A stretch of DNA of 64,000 bases from Candidatus Poribacteria bacterium. Lineage in GTDB: Bacteria; Poribacteria; WGA-4E; PCPOR2b. Below, piece by piece: positions 48,376 through 59,079 of this stretch (the first letter of the stretch is position 1; each line of letters begins with the position of its first letter). Below the pieces are notes generated by a model. That model saw only the letters and a list, made by a program, of their open reading frames with translations. It ran no database searches and was not told the DNA's origin. A program made the position numbers and the translations under genes. The stretch spans positions 3,488,001-3,552,000 of the forward strand of contig OZ240245.1 in assembly GCA_965198175.1 (NCBI GenBank), in the 5' to 3' direction.

Positions 48376-49062
48376 TTGGAAGGATTGAAGAAAGTGGTCC
48401 GTACTCAACTCATCGGCATTCTCACAGCGGTTTGTCTGTTTACTGCCCTTTGTTTCGTTTTCAGCTACGCCCAAATTGAAAAGACGATGCTGGAAGTCCA
48501 GAAGATTTTCTACTTCCACGTTTCTTCAGCGTTCACTGTATTCCTTGCTTTCGGTGTGACCTGTTTTTGCAGCGTCTTCTACCTGATTAAACGTAACGAC
48601 AAATATGATATGATTGCCGTCGCATCGACGGAACTTGGCATCGTTTTCTGTACAATCGTTTTGACGACAGGTCCAATCTGGGCAAAGTATGCCTGGAATA
48701 CATGGTGGAATTGGGAACCAAGATTAACCAGCACACTCATCCTCTGGCTGATGTATACAGGCTACTTTATTCTGAGATCCGCGCTGCCTGAGGAGAAACG
48801 GAGGGTCTATTCGGCGGTCCTGGGAATCCTTGCTTATCTTGATGTCCCAATTGTTTACTTCTCAGTCGAACTTTGGAAAGACAAGTTACATCCAGGAATA
48901 GAAACCAAAATTAATCTTCCGCCGACAATGTTCAAAACATGGCTAATCACATGGATCGCGCTTACTGTTCTTTACGTGTTTTTACTAGTGTTACGCTACC
49001 AAACCGAGCGGGTGAAATCGCAATTAGAGTCGATTCAGTATCGCCAGATGGAGGGAGCGTGA
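48376..49062 (+). CDS. ccmC: Heme exporter / cytochrome c biogenesis protein CcmC
   Basis: IFYFHV, TGPIWAK..WNTWWNWEPRLT tryptophan-rich motif, LHP. Confidence 0.88.
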   Translation: MEGLKKVVRTQLIGILTAVCLFTALCFVFSYAQIEKTMLEVQKIFYFHVSSAFTVFLAFGVTCFCSVFYLIKRNDKYDMIAVASTELGIVFCTIVLTTGPIWAKYAWNTWWNWEPRLTSTLILWLMYTGYFILRSALPEEKRRVYSAVLGILAYLDVPIVYFSVELWKDKLHPGIETKINLPPTMFKTWLITWIALTVLYVFLLVLRYQTERVKSQLESIQYRQMEGA

Positions 49063-49206
49063 AACGTAGAATGTTAACATGAAGTTCGACCAAAAATTGG
49101 TGGTCGCCTGGTTGCGGACCATCAGGAGAATGTGAATTACCGATCCTGCTTCTTAAACCCTATCTGGACAAACTCTCCGGAGACTTGGTAATGGAAGGCG
49201 AGTAAA

Positions 49207-50226
49207 TTGGAGTATCAACGAAACATTATAATCGCGATTCTTTCCGCAATTTCCATTTTTATTATTGGGGTAGTAGGATATTCGATTATTGAGAATGATA
49301 ATCCCCACGGGGATTGGACGTTGACGCATGCGATTTACATGACAGTAATCACGTTGACAACTGTCGGCTACTCAGATTACAATATGTCCGATGAGGGGAA
49401 AATTTTCACGGTTGTGCTGGTTCTTGGAGGAATTGGCGTTTTTTTATACAGTCTTAGTGTGGCAACCGCTTTCATTATTGAAGGTCGGTTACAAAAGGTT
49501 TTTTGGAAGAGACGAATGGAAAAATCAATTGATAAACTCTCAAACCACTATATTGTCTGTGGGATAGGCGATACTGGGGTTCATGCACTTGATGAACTCA
49601 TCCACTTGAACGCTGACTTCGTCGCTGTTGAAAGAGAGCAAATCCAGATTGAACATTTGCTCGAAACAAGAGATTTTCTCTATGTTCAGGGCGATGCCAC
49701 GGAAGATGAAGTGCTTATGCGTGCTGGTATCGATCGAGCGCGCGGGTTGATTGCTTCTCTTTCGACAGATCAAGACAATCTATTTGTCGTTTTATCCGCA
49801 AAACAGCTTAATCGGAGTTTGAGAGTTACATCGAAAGCTGTCGAGGAAAGTTCGCGAGCCAAGCTAGCGAAAGCGGGTGCAGATGACGTCGTCCTCGCGG
49901 ATCAGATTGGAGGATTGCGATTGGTTTCGACAGTCATACGTCCGATGGTGGTTGATTTTCTGGACGATATGCTCAAACACCATGTGACGACGCGTTTTTC
50001 AGAATCCATTATCCAGAGCGAATCACCTTTTATAGGGCTCACCCTCAGCGAAGCCGGCATCCCAGATGAAACCGGTCTAGCGGTTGTGGCTGTCCGCAAT
50101 CGAGCGGGAGATTATATCTATAACCCTTCTGGCGCACTCAGGCTGGATGAGGGAGACGCGCTTATTGTCATCGCGGATAACACCCAGTTAATGAACCTGA
50201 ACAAACTAACTCGAGATACACTTTAA
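49207..50226 (+). CDS. 2-TM potassium channel family protein with RCK (TrkA-N/C) domains
   Basis: TLTTVGYSD pore; HYIVCGIG..G; GDAT. Confidence 0.9.
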   Translation: MEYQRNIIIAILSAISIFIIGVVGYSIIENDNPHGDWTLTHAIYMTVITLTTVGYSDYNMSDEGKIFTVVLVLGGIGVFLYSLSVATAFIIEGRLQKVFWKRRMEKSIDKLSNHYIVCGIGDTGVHALDELIHLNADFVAVEREQIQIEHLLETRDFLYVQGDATEDEVLMRAGIDRARGLIASLSTDQDNLFVVLSAKQLNRSLRVTSKAVEESSRAKLAKAGADDVVLADQIGGLRLVSTVIRPMVVDFLDDMLKHHVTTRFSESIIQSESPFIGLTLSEAGIPDETGLAVVAVRNRAGDYIYNPSGALRLDEGDALIVIADNTQLMNLNKLTRDTL

Positions 50227-50273
50227 TTTCCTAATTGACAGAAGTCAAGACACAGAATGTAAGGCGTGTCCAT

Positions 50274-50759
50274 CTATATTAAGGTTTTCACACACGCGAC
50301 GAGATTAGTATGTGTAGGGAGGTCAAACTGGTGTGAGCCGACATGAATGAACCGGATGCTACACGCCTTGTCAATTATGAATGTCGAGGGGCGAGCAATG
50401 TTATAAGCGTCAAATCCTAGCCAATGATATACCCCGTAGCTCTTAATTACTTGCCGGTCCTTATCAATGAGTAGTGGAAAGGTGATGTCGTGCCTCTCAG
50501 TATAACGGCGAACTTCTCGTGGCCACTGCGCGATGACACCGATTACTACGGCACCAAAACTGATATATTCATTCAGATGAATTTGTAAATCGCCTAACTG
50601 GCGACGGCTGTTGGGTCACCATGTTCCTCGGAAAAAGGCTAAAATGACGTGCTGCTTATTGCGATACGTTTCGAGACTGACCTCTTCTCGGTGGACAGAC
50701 CGCAAGGTGAATAATGGCGCGCTATCGCCGATATTGAGGATTTTATTTTTTCGTGGCAT
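50274..50759 (-). CDS. AhpC/TSA (peroxiredoxin-like) selenoprotein, Sec at codon 48
   Basis: My translation: MPRKNKILNIGDSAPLFTL...FFRGTW-(TGA)-PNSRRQL...FPLLID...YGV...RPSTFIID; hairpin 11 nt after the TGA. Confidence 0.85.
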
Positions 50760-50936
50760 GATTGCAAGAACAAGATGAAATCCGTGGTCCTTTCCGTCAT
50801 CGGGACTTAGCTTTAATGTCCAAGATTTTACCCAACTGCAATACAGATGTCAAACGGGGTTATGGAAATGCAGGACTACCGTACGTAGGAAGCCAAAGAC
50901 TTGAACGTTATCAAGTAGAGGCAAGCCGCCTCCTTA

Positions 50937-51512
50937 TTGTCTGAAACTTATTCACAAGTGGACCGTTCAACAATCGCTCTCATTATCAGCATTATCGCTC
51001 TCTTATTCTCAACCGCAAAGTGGATTTATGACATTCGGGTGAACCAGACAAATCGGGGAAGCCGGCGGCGGAGGTGGCGGGCACCGGATATAAGGGTTGA
51101 ACCATTGGAAGGACAGACGAATTGCTTCATTACCCGCGGTGGATATTTGTTGTTTCTAATCTCGTTCCGGATTTATAATGATAACGATCAAGTCCCAGTT
51201 TCGATTCAAGAATCACAGTTACAATCGAAAATCGGCCGCAAGTGGCACGATACCAACCTGTACGATGTTCCTCAAGCAGTCATTTTCCCGAGTTTACTCC
51301 GCAATAACCTCCCTTTAACGCTAAAACCTGATGAACGACAGGATTTCTATGAAATCTTCGCTCTCGATGAACTCATTCCAAGCATCAGAATTAAAACCCG
51401 CCTCAAGCTCAAGGATGGAAATGGGAAAATCATCATGTGTCAAGAAACATTCAATTATCGCGTCGATGAACGTCCTGTGTTTGACATTTTGTTTCGTACC
51501 TACGAGGCTTAA
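50937..51512 (+). CDS. Hypothetical membrane-anchored protein
   Basis: N-terminal TM segment, 191 aa. Confidence 0.6.
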   Translation: MSETYSQVDRSTIALIISIIALLFSTAKWIYDIRVNQTNRGSRRRRWRAPDIRVEPLEGQTNCFITRGGYLLFLISFRIYNDNDQVPVSIQESQLQSKIGRKWHDTNLYDVPQAVIFPSLLRNNLPLTLKPDERQDFYEIFALDELIPSIRIKTRLKLKDGNGKIIMCQETFNYRVDERPVFDILFRTYEA

Positions 51513-51658
51513 AATGCCTTTACCGACGAAGGTAAAGATGTGGTCGAAAGATTGTGGACTCTCAGATTCTCATATTTTTTGAAAATATTCATCCGCATCA
51601 GTCATAAACAAGGGCATCTTCTTTTCGTCTTGCACCGGGGTCAAACGAAGGACTGAGA

Positions 51659-52360
51659 ATGCCAACTTCCACCAATGCCAACGCCCGAAACAGCGTGCTT
51701 TACATTGTGAGCACGCCGATCGGCAATCTGGAAGATATTACCCTGCGAGCCTTGCGCACCCTCAGAGAGGTGAACCTTATCGCTGCTGAAGATACCCGCC
51801 GTACCCGTAAACTGCTTGCACACTTCGATATCCACACACCAATCACCAGCCTCTTTGAGGGCAACCAAGTCCGAAAAGGCGGAAAACTGATTTCACGACT
51901 GAAAGGCGGAGATACAATCGCTTTGGTTTCGGATGCGGGTACACCAGCAGTTTCAGATCCCGGGTATCAACTTCTGGTGCAGTGCATTGAAGCAGATATT
52001 CCAGTGGTTCCAATCCCCGGAGTTTCCGCTTGCATAGCGGCGGCTTCGGTTGCTGGGCTTCCGCTGCACAACTTTGTCTTTGAAGGTTTCCTATCACCGA
52101 AGTCGGGCAAACGGAGGCGACACTTGGAAGGGCTGAGTGATGAAAGGCGAACTCTCATATTCTACGAATCTCCCCACCGACTAATCCCATTTCTACAAGA
52201 TGTCATGGAGCTTTTCGGGAATCGACGGATTGCAGTTGCGCGGGAGTTGACGAAAAAATTTGAGGAAATTTTTCGAGGGAATGTGGACGAAGCCATCGAG
52301 AAATTTCAAGCGGTATTGCCGCGGGGAGAATTTACCGTAGTAATTGCCGGGAAAGAATAA
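51659..52360 (+). CDS. rsmI: 16S rRNA (cytidine1402-2'-O)-methyltransferase
   Basis: TPIGNLEDIT.RA, EDTR, SDAGTP..SDPG, YESPHR, RELTK. Confidence 0.96.
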   Translation: MPTSTNANARNSVLYIVSTPIGNLEDITLRALRTLREVNLIAAEDTRRTRKLLAHFDIHTPITSLFEGNQVRKGGKLISRLKGGDTIALVSDAGTPAVSDPGYQLLVQCIEADIPVVPIPGVSACIAAASVAGLPLHNFVFEGFLSPKSGKRRRHLEGLSDERRTLIFYESPHRLIPFLQDVMELFGNRRIAVARELTKKFEEIFRGNVDEAIEKFQAVLPRGEFTVVIAGKE

Positions 52361-52459
52361 AGTCGGAAACGAACGGATTTAGAAAAGACGACAAGGCTGG
52401 AAACATGGGAGACACGGATGATTTGAGATAGGTGGTTCCTTATTCGAAAGGAGGAACTT

Positions 52460-53284
52460 ATGGCGTTGACAGAAGCACAAGTGGCATTTTTCGAGGCGTT
52501 TGGTTACCTTCATCTACCGGGATTCATGAGCGATGAGCTTGACTGGATCTCCGAAGAGCACGCGAAGCTGTTCGTTGAATTCGACATAGAGCCGGACGGT
52601 GAGCGTACAGTAGATCTCATCCCATTTATCGCCCTGAGCGACCGTTTGATGCGATTGCTGGAGCATCCGAAGGTGCGCGGCGCTCTTACCCCGTTGGTAG
52701 GCGAAGATTTCAATTATCTTGGCAGTGATGGCCATTACTACGCGGACGAGATAGATTTCCACCCGGACAGCGATCGTCATGCGTGGATGTCTATGAAGTT
52801 CGGGATGTATTTGGATTCTTTGACACAAGAAACCGGCTGCCTTCGAGTAATTCCGGGAAGTCACCTCCTAGGACCTTGGCGGGATCATGTGTACGAATGG
52901 GCAAACGTACAGGTCCGCCGGAAAACAAGCGGTCGGGACAGCCTGCCTGAACTTAGAGCGAAGATGCCCTCCATGGCGCTGGAGAATGAGCCCGGTGACG
53001 TTGTGCTCTTCAACCACAACACCTTTCACGCATCTTTTGGCGGCAACGCGTACAGGCGTATGTTCGCAATCAACGTTGGCTGCCGGGCTCGGACCGATGC
53101 CGAGCTAAAAGATCTCGACTCATTTCTTGAGTTCACGTGTCGCACGGGGCAGCCCATCTACTCAAAGCGTATGCTTGAGCAAGCCTCGCCCAAAATCATG
53201 ATTCATCTCGAACAGACAATGGAGAGAGAGCTAGCTCTTTGGGGCAAACACCGGATGGAAGTCCATGCAAACAGGCGGCAATAG
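52460..53284 (+). CDS. Phytanoyl-CoA dioxygenase (PhyH) family protein
   Basis: F...GYL, HPD, GCLRVIPGSH, PGDV..F...FH. Confidence 0.9.
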   Translation: MALTEAQVAFFEAFGYLHLPGFMSDELDWISEEHAKLFVEFDIEPDGERTVDLIPFIALSDRLMRLLEHPKVRGALTPLVGEDFNYLGSDGHYYADEIDFHPDSDRHAWMSMKFGMYLDSLTQETGCLRVIPGSHLLGPWRDHVYEWANVQVRRKTSGRDSLPELRAKMPSMALENEPGDVVLFNHNTFHASFGGNAYRRMFAINVGCRARTDAELKDLDSFLEFTCRTGQPIYSKRMLEQASPKIMIHLEQTMERELALWGKHRMEVHANRRQ

Positions 53285-53425
53285 GAAGCATAACGTGTTC
53301 GCACAGGTATATGCGGCGTCAGTAGCTCACAAACCAACGATTTGTTAAAAGGTTGCGTGATTCTGTACAACTAATACGGGTTGTTTTACCGGCGTTGGTA
53401 CATTTATGATTTCGCAACCACCTCA

Positions 53426-54283
53426 TCAGCAACCAATCTGGGATGGAAATTCTGGCACGCCTCGGATTCCCACGTTAATTCGAAACAGCGCACCGGCGCC
53501 GGACCCCTCTTCCGTCTTATTATCGCCTCCTGCGGTTGTGACATACATGTCCGTATAATCCTCACCGCCGAAGATAACGCTGGACACTTTCTTTGCCGGA
53601 AACTCGATGCGGCGGTCCTCTCTACCGTCAGGCGAGTAGCGGACGAGACAACTCCCATCCCAGCGTGCAGACCAAATGTATCCTTCCGCATCAACCGTCA
53701 TTCCATCCGGCATGCCCTCGCCTTCCGGAGTCCGGACGAAAACCCCCCGGCTTGTGATGTCGCCCGTATCCTGATCGTAGTCGAATAGGTAAATTTCGCG
53801 TTTCGGCGTATCGGTATAGTACATCTGCTTTCGGTCAGGTGTAAATCCCATACCGTTTGAGATATCGACATCGTCAAGCAACTCGGTTAACCTCCCATCC
53901 GTGTCGAGACGATAAAGTCGGCCAGGGCGGTCTGCGGTTGACATCGTTCCGCAAAAAACACGACCGACCGGGTCAGCAATTACGTCGTTGAAGCGCGTCT
54001 CACGTTCATTCGGAATCTCTTCGTAGATGTAGTGGAGCCTCCCATCCCGCCAGATGGCAATTGCACCCTTTGCCATGAATAGCAACAGGGAACCGTCTAC
54101 CTGAATTGTGAATCCGCCCACGACTTCACCTTCGTAAAACTTTTCATGCCCCCCTGTTGCCGGGTTGTAACGGAACATCCGCCCCATAGGAATGTCAGTC
54201 CAATATACACGCCTTTCAGCGGGATGCCACAAGGGACCTTCACCTGTCACGCATTCGTAGTCGGCGATTAGTTCTGGTGTCAT
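53426..54283 (-). CDS. SMP-30/gluconolactonase family sugar lactonase
   Basis: GEGPLW, RFND, SNGMGF, PDGMTVD. Confidence 0.92.
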   Translation of the reverse strand: MTPELIADYECVTGEGPLWHPAERRVYWTDIPMGRMFRYNPATGGHEKFYEGEVVGGFTIQVDGSLLLFMAKGAIAIWRDGRLHYIYEEIPNERETRFNDVIADPVGRVFCGTMSTADRPGRLYRLDTDGRLTELLDDVDISNGMGFTPDRKQMYYTDTPKREIYLFDYDQDTGDITSRGVFVRTPEGEGMPDGMTVDAEGYIWSARWDGSCLVRYSPDGREDRRIEFPAKKVSSVIFGGEDYTDMYVTTAGGDNKTEEGSGAGALFRINVGIRGVPEFPSQIGC

Positions 54284-54484
54284 GCTTATCCTCCACGTGA
54301 TTAGTTGTCATGTACGGTATTATCATTCGGAATCCTTCACTCCACTTTCCCCTTGTATCATGCCTAAAGGCGCAAGCACAGGGATAGCAGTTTTTTTGAG
54401 ATGTGAAATGCGGAATAAAGTGTCCGCTCAAGGATATCGGAATATGCCTTAAATGTCAAACTTGCAATAGTACGAAATTAGCTC

Positions 54485-54513
54485 TTGACAATTCGACAGA
54501 ACTACGATAGATT
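54485..54513 (+). promoter_or_regulatory. Sigma70 promoter for murK-murQ
   Basis: TTGACA-17bp-TAGATT. Confidence 0.55.
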
Positions 54514-54585
54514 GTTTTTTTCTTTCTGGGTAGGATTCTAGACTTTATGTAACACATCTCTTATCACTTCCTCCCGGAGGTATAA

Positions 54586-55518
54586 GTGAACTATATCATC
54601 GGCATTGATGGTGGAGGTACGAAAACAGTTGGGATTCTCGCGGACCAAACAGGACAAGTTCACACAAGAGTTGCAGTTGGTGCTACTAACTACCACACTG
54701 TTGGGAAAACGCAAACGAAAAAAGTTCTGGAAGATCTCATCTCACAGTTGCTAGCTCAGGCGAATGTGACACTGGAGAATTGTATCGGCTCCTGTTTGGG
54801 CATGGCAGGACTTGCTTGCCCAGCCGATGGGGAAGTAATAAAACGGATTTGCAATGAAATCGGCATTCACAGAAACTGTATTCTGACACATGACGCGCAA
54901 ATTGCGTTAGTCGGTGGAACCGGTAAGCTAGAGGGCGTTATTGTAGTCTCTGGAACAGGATCAATCGTCTACGGAGTTAACTCCGACGGCGTGGAGGCGC
55001 GCTCCGGCGGTTGGGGACATCTGCTTGGGGATGAGGGGAGTGGCTACGGCATCGTGCTTTGTGGACTCCGAGCGATTGCACGGGCGGCAGATGGACGCGG
55101 CATACCTACACAACTTACGGATATGATGCTCAACGAGATTGGACAGCGACAACCAAGCGATCTCATACGCTGGGTGCACAATGCGAGCAAAGATCAGGTT
55201 TCCACGCTTGCAAAGTTGATTTTTGTTGCGATGGAGGGCGGGGATTCGGCTGCCCAACAAATCATTCAACACGCTGCCGATGAGCTTGTGCTTGCCACCC
55301 AAGTAGTGATTCACAAATTAGGAATAAATCAGCCATCAGATATCGTTTTCAGTGGCGGGATAATGACGCACCAACCGGGGTTTGTTAATCTGCTGCGCGA
55401 GTGTTTACACCCTATGGCGCCGAATGCCCGGATTGACTTGGCGAAACACGAGCCAGCCTATGGAGCAATACTCTTGGCAAAGCTACAGTCTTCATCCCAC
55501 ACATCTTTGCTAAATTAA
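54586..55518 (+). CDS. BadF/BadG family N-acetylmuramic acid/N-acetylglucosamine kinase (MurK-like)
   Basis: GIDGGGTKT, SGTGS, GGWGHLLGDEGSG; adjacent to murQ. Confidence 0.85.
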   Translation: MNYIIGIDGGGTKTVGILADQTGQVHTRVAVGATNYHTVGKTQTKKVLEDLISQLLAQANVTLENCIGSCLGMAGLACPADGEVIKRICNEIGIHRNCILTHDAQIALVGGTGKLEGVIVVSGTGSIVYGVNSDGVEARSGGWGHLLGDEGSGYGIVLCGLRAIARAADGRGIPTQLTDMMLNEIGQRQPSDLIRWVHNASKDQVSTLAKLIFVAMEGGDSAAQQIIQHAADELVLATQVVIHKLGINQPSDIVFSGGIMTHQPGFVNLLRECLHPMAPNARIDLAKHEPAYGAILLAKLQSSSHTSLLN

Positions 55519-55519
55519 A

Positions 55520-56443
55520 ATGCCGGAAAATCTTTCTAAACTCATCACCGAAGGGCGCAATCCAAGCTCAATGGATATAGATCTTAAATCGGCAGAAGAT
55601 ATCGTACAGATCTTCAACGAAGAAAATCGGAAATTACTTGCAGCCGTTGAAACCGAAGCGTCGTCAATTGCACGAGCGGTGGATTTAATTACAGCCGTGT
55701 TTCGAAGCGGAGGTAGACTTTTTTACATCGGTGCCGGAACAAGCGGCAGGCTCGGCGTCCTTGATGCCTCTGAGTGCCCGCCTACTTTCAGCACTGATCC
55801 TAGCATGGTGCAAGGTATCATCGCAGGGGGAGATCGTGCGCTGCGACAAGCTGTGGAAGGGGCGGAAGATCGACATGACGCTGGTGCAGATACAATCCGG
55901 GAACACGGAGTTACCAATCGAGATGCGGTCGTTGGAATCGCTAGCAGTGGACGTACGCCCTACGTGCTTGGTGCGCTAGCAGAGGCAGATCGAATCGGTG
56001 CAAAGACAATCTTTCTCTGTTGTGTCCCGCCGGGGGATAGCTTGACGACATTTGTTGATGTGTTGATCACGCCGATTGTGGGCCCCGAGATTATTGCAGG
56101 CTCAACCCGCATGAAGGCTGGAACGGCGACCAAGCTCGTTCTAAACATGCTAACTACCATCTCAATGGTTATGGTCGGGAAGGTTTACAACAACTTGATG
56201 GTCGATGTTCAGGCATCAAACGCAAAGATGATTGATCGAGGCACACGCATCGTCATGGAGGTAGTTGGTACGGATTACGAAACGGCGCAAGCGGCATTGC
56301 AACATGCCGACGGCAGCGCGAAGGTTGCGATTGTCATGCTAGCGAAGAGGGTTGATCAGGAAGAAGCCGTTGCCCGGTTGGAGAGACACAGTGGCTTTTT
56401 GCGGCAGGTGTTGGAAGAATCCAATACCAGTTCCAATCTATAA
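55520..56443 (+). CDS. murQ: N-acetylmuramic acid 6-phosphate etherase
   Basis: GAGTSGRLGVLDASECPPTF, GSTRMKAGTATK, NLMVD. Confidence 0.96.
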   Translation: MPENLSKLITEGRNPSSMDIDLKSAEDIVQIFNEENRKLLAAVETEASSIARAVDLITAVFRSGGRLFYIGAGTSGRLGVLDASECPPTFSTDPSMVQGIIAGGDRALRQAVEGAEDRHDAGADTIREHGVTNRDAVVGIASSGRTPYVLGALAEADRIGAKTIFLCCVPPGDSLTTFVDVLITPIVGPEIIAGSTRMKAGTATKLVLNMLTTISMVMVGKVYNNLMVDVQASNAKMIDRGTRIVMEVVGTDYETAQAALQHADGSAKVAIVMLAKRVDQEEAVARLERHSGFLRQVLEESNTSSNL

Positions 56444-56479
56444 TGCTCTCTACAGAATGTAGTATCACCTAACAGCAAC

Positions 56480-56610
56480 ACCATGAAATGGATAGTCCCA
56501 TATCCAATTGCTCCTGAATATCTCCACGAACATAACGTCCAAACAGATATACCCTTTGTAGATCCACAGTTGCTGCCAGACAATCAACAGCTTTCTCGAT
56601 TACTCCCTGT
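56480..56610 (-). pseudogene. Minimal nucleotidyltransferase (MNT) remnant
   Basis: VIEKAVDCLAATVDLQRVYLFGRYVRGD...DM resembles LFGSxARG..SDxD; no start codon. Confidence 0.4.
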
Positions 56611-56751
56611 TAATATTAAAATATCCTCCTGATTTCCAGATAATTCATACAATCTGTAGTAAATTTCTGCCTACCTCTCCACGAAGTTCGAAAGAATAGA
56701 GGGTAGCTATCGGTGGGTTATATAAACCTGAACAGTTGTCGCTTGTCCAAC

Positions 56752-57669
56752 CTAATTGCTCAGGCCGATAATCTCTCGCGCTTCGTCTGGCGATGCAATC
56801 TCTCGTCCCATTGAGCGTGCGATTTTGACTGCTTTTTCCACAAGTTCGGCGTTGCTCGTGGCAAGTGTACCGGGTTCAAGGTACGGACAATCTTCGAATC
56901 CGATGCGCACATGGCCGCCTAGGGCGATGGCGTGCGTAATTAAGGGCCAGTATGCCTCCGGATCCAAACAACTCACATGATAATTAGCGCGCGGCGGTAA
57001 GTGGTCTACCATGAAGTTGAGCGCTCGCGCTGTTGGTGGCATCCAGCCCTGTCCGGTCCAACCAAACAAGAGTTCAATCCAAAGCGGTTCCGGCAAGAGC
57101 CCTTTCTCCTCCTCGTAGGTACCATCGTCATTGAAAAACTTGCCCTCACGAATCTTGCTGACGGCCCAGTAGCCCCCAGGACTGAAGCACTCAACTTCTA
57201 GTTTGACATTATACTTGTTAGCCAAGCGGGCGTAGTCCCTAAGTTCGTTGATTGGATGAACGGAGTAGCAAGCAATCGGGGGATACTCAGGGTCAGGCTG
57301 AAAAAACTCGTCGTGCGAGTTGAAGTTAATGGAAGTCATCTCAGGGCGAAACTCTTTCCACATCTCGACCTTTTGCTCTAACCGGATGCTAGCCAGCCCA
57401 AACTGTAGAATTGGGTTACCTGAAGCCCGTATTCTATCAGTAATGTCGCGCCAACCATCCATGATTGGAACCTGCAATTGGCGTCCGTCAGGTTGTATCT
57501 CGGTATCAATCTCATATGAGCCGTGGGTGTGCGCAATCGCAGCTCCGGCATCGACAGACCGGATGTATTCCTCCGCAACTCCCTTTGTATCCGATGGCTT
57601 GGGACAATAGGGATTGCGAGGCCAGCACATCGTTGAGTCAGAAGTAATAGTGATGATTAGCTTATCCAT
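56752..57669 (-). CDS. Beta-keto acid cleavage enzyme (BKACE/DUF849) family
   Basis: KLIIT, AGAAIAHTH, EVECF, GGHVRIGFED, SNAELV, GREIASP.EAR. Confidence 0.9.
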   Translation of the reverse strand: MDKLIITITSDSTMCWPRNPYCPKPSDTKGVAEEYIRSVDAGAAIAHTHGSYEIDTEIQPDGRQLQVPIMDGWRDITDRIRASGNPILQFGLASIRLEQKVEMWKEFRPEMTSINFNSHDEFFQPDPEYPPIACYSVHPINELRDYARLANKYNVKLEVECFSPGGYWAVSKIREGKFFNDDGTYEEEKGLLPEPLWIELLFGWTGQGWMPPTARALNFMVDHLPPRANYHVSCLDPEAYWPLITHAIALGGHVRIGFEDCPYLEPGTLATSNAELVEKAVKIARSMGREIASPDEAREIIGLSN

Positions 57670-57970
57670 GTTTGTATCTCCTCTTTTGTACTTTCGTTGA
57701 TAGTGGAATTAACCTTCGGGACGTTTTTGGCCTTCCGAACGGTATTAGGAAAATACGATTAGTCAATTTTGACACACAAAATTGATAATAAGCAGCATAC
57801 TTTTCCCTTTGCATTGACGATCTAGATCTGCAGCAATTAAAGGGTAGACGGTGACTGACCCCACGGGTTGTCATCCGAAAGGCGCAATTTCACGCATTTT
57901 TGAGCACTGCATAAATTTTCAATTGCAAGCGATACAGCAGATCCTATCCTATAGGCGGTAAGCTGGGGCA

Positions 57971-59029
57971 TTACCCTAATGCCTTCCGACCGGCTGGTGT
58001 TAGCAACACAACTCGACCCAGCGCCTTGCCAGTTCGCAAGAATGCTAAAGCCTCGTTGGCTTTTTCCAAGGGGTACAAATCGGTGACGATGGATTTAATC
58101 TTGCCCGCGGCTACCAGTTGAACGGTATTGATTAGGTCGAGCATCCGACCACCCCGCGTGCCAATGACAGTCAGTTCGTTTTGGTCAAGCTGTTCCCCTT
58201 TCAGCGGGTAGCGTTCCTCGGTATATCCGACAAGCACCAGCCGCCCACCGCGCCGTAGAGAATCCATTCCGTAGGTCACAGTCTCTTCAACGCCGACAAC
58301 GTCCATTACACAGTCTACACCTTGCCCTTCTGTGAGGTCGTGCACGGCTTCAGTGATGTCTACCTCGCGCGAGTTGAGAGCCGCATCGGCACCCATTTCG
58401 CGGGCGCGTTGTGCCTTCGCCTCGGACTGGTCAACGGTCACGACACGAGCACCCGCCATCTTGCAGAGCTGTGTTACTACTGCGCCCACACCTCCGACAC
58501 CGATGACAAGGACAGTTTCACCCAGTTTCACTCCACTCCTATCAACAGCATGAACCGCAGTGATTCCCGCATCACAGCACACCGCGGCATCATGCCACGC
58601 CACGTTCTCTGGCACAAGGACGAGTTGCCGGGCGAGCACCGTCGTGTACTCCGCGTAGCCACCATCCCGCTCTAGTATTCCTACGAGACCGGTCATGTTC
58701 AAGCAGAGTTGCTCCCGGCGGGCACGGCAATATGAGCATTTGCCACAGTAGAAATAGTTGTAGGCAACAACACGGTCGCCCGGTTTGAAGCCTGTCACTT
58801 GGCTGCCGACCTTTGCCACAATGCCTGCTGTCTCGTGGCCAAGTACAATTGGCAGTTTCGGTATGTAGGCAAACCCATCAAGTATCTTCCAGTCGGTTAT
58901 GTCGGCGCCGCACGCCATGACCTGCAAAAGCACCTCATCAGGACCAGGGACAGGCATTTCTACTTCTTCCAGTTTCAAGGGTTGGTTACGCGCATGAAGT
59001 ACAAATGCTTTCATGCCTACTTCCTTCAA
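57971..59029 (-). CDS. Zn-dependent alcohol dehydrogenase (MDR family)
   Basis: GHE.AG, CGKCSYC...C structural Zn site, GVGGVG. Confidence 0.9.
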   Translation of the reverse strand: MKEVGMKAFVLHARNQPLKLEEVEMPVPGPDEVLLQVMACGADITDWKILDGFAYIPKLPIVLGHETAGIVAKVGSQVTGFKPGDRVVAYNYFYCGKCSYCRARREQLCLNMTGLVGILERDGGYAEYTTVLARQLVLVPENVAWHDAAVCCDAGITAVHAVDRSGVKLGETVLVIGVGGVGAVVTQLCKMAGARVVTVDQSEAKAQRAREMGADAALNSREVDITEAVHDLTEGQGVDCVMDVVGVEETVTYGMDSLRRGGRLVLVGYTEERYPLKGEQLDQNELTVIGTRGGRMLDLINTVQLVAAGKIKSIVTDLYPLEKANEALAFLRTGKALGRVVLLTPAGRKALG

Positions 59030-59079
59030 TGTTCGATTTTCTCATGATCTTATGCTTTTCAATTGTACTAGCTAGATCT

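Noticed and set aside
49059..49082. ccmD after ccmC
   Set aside because: The overlapping GTG opens only 7 codons and encodes no TM segment
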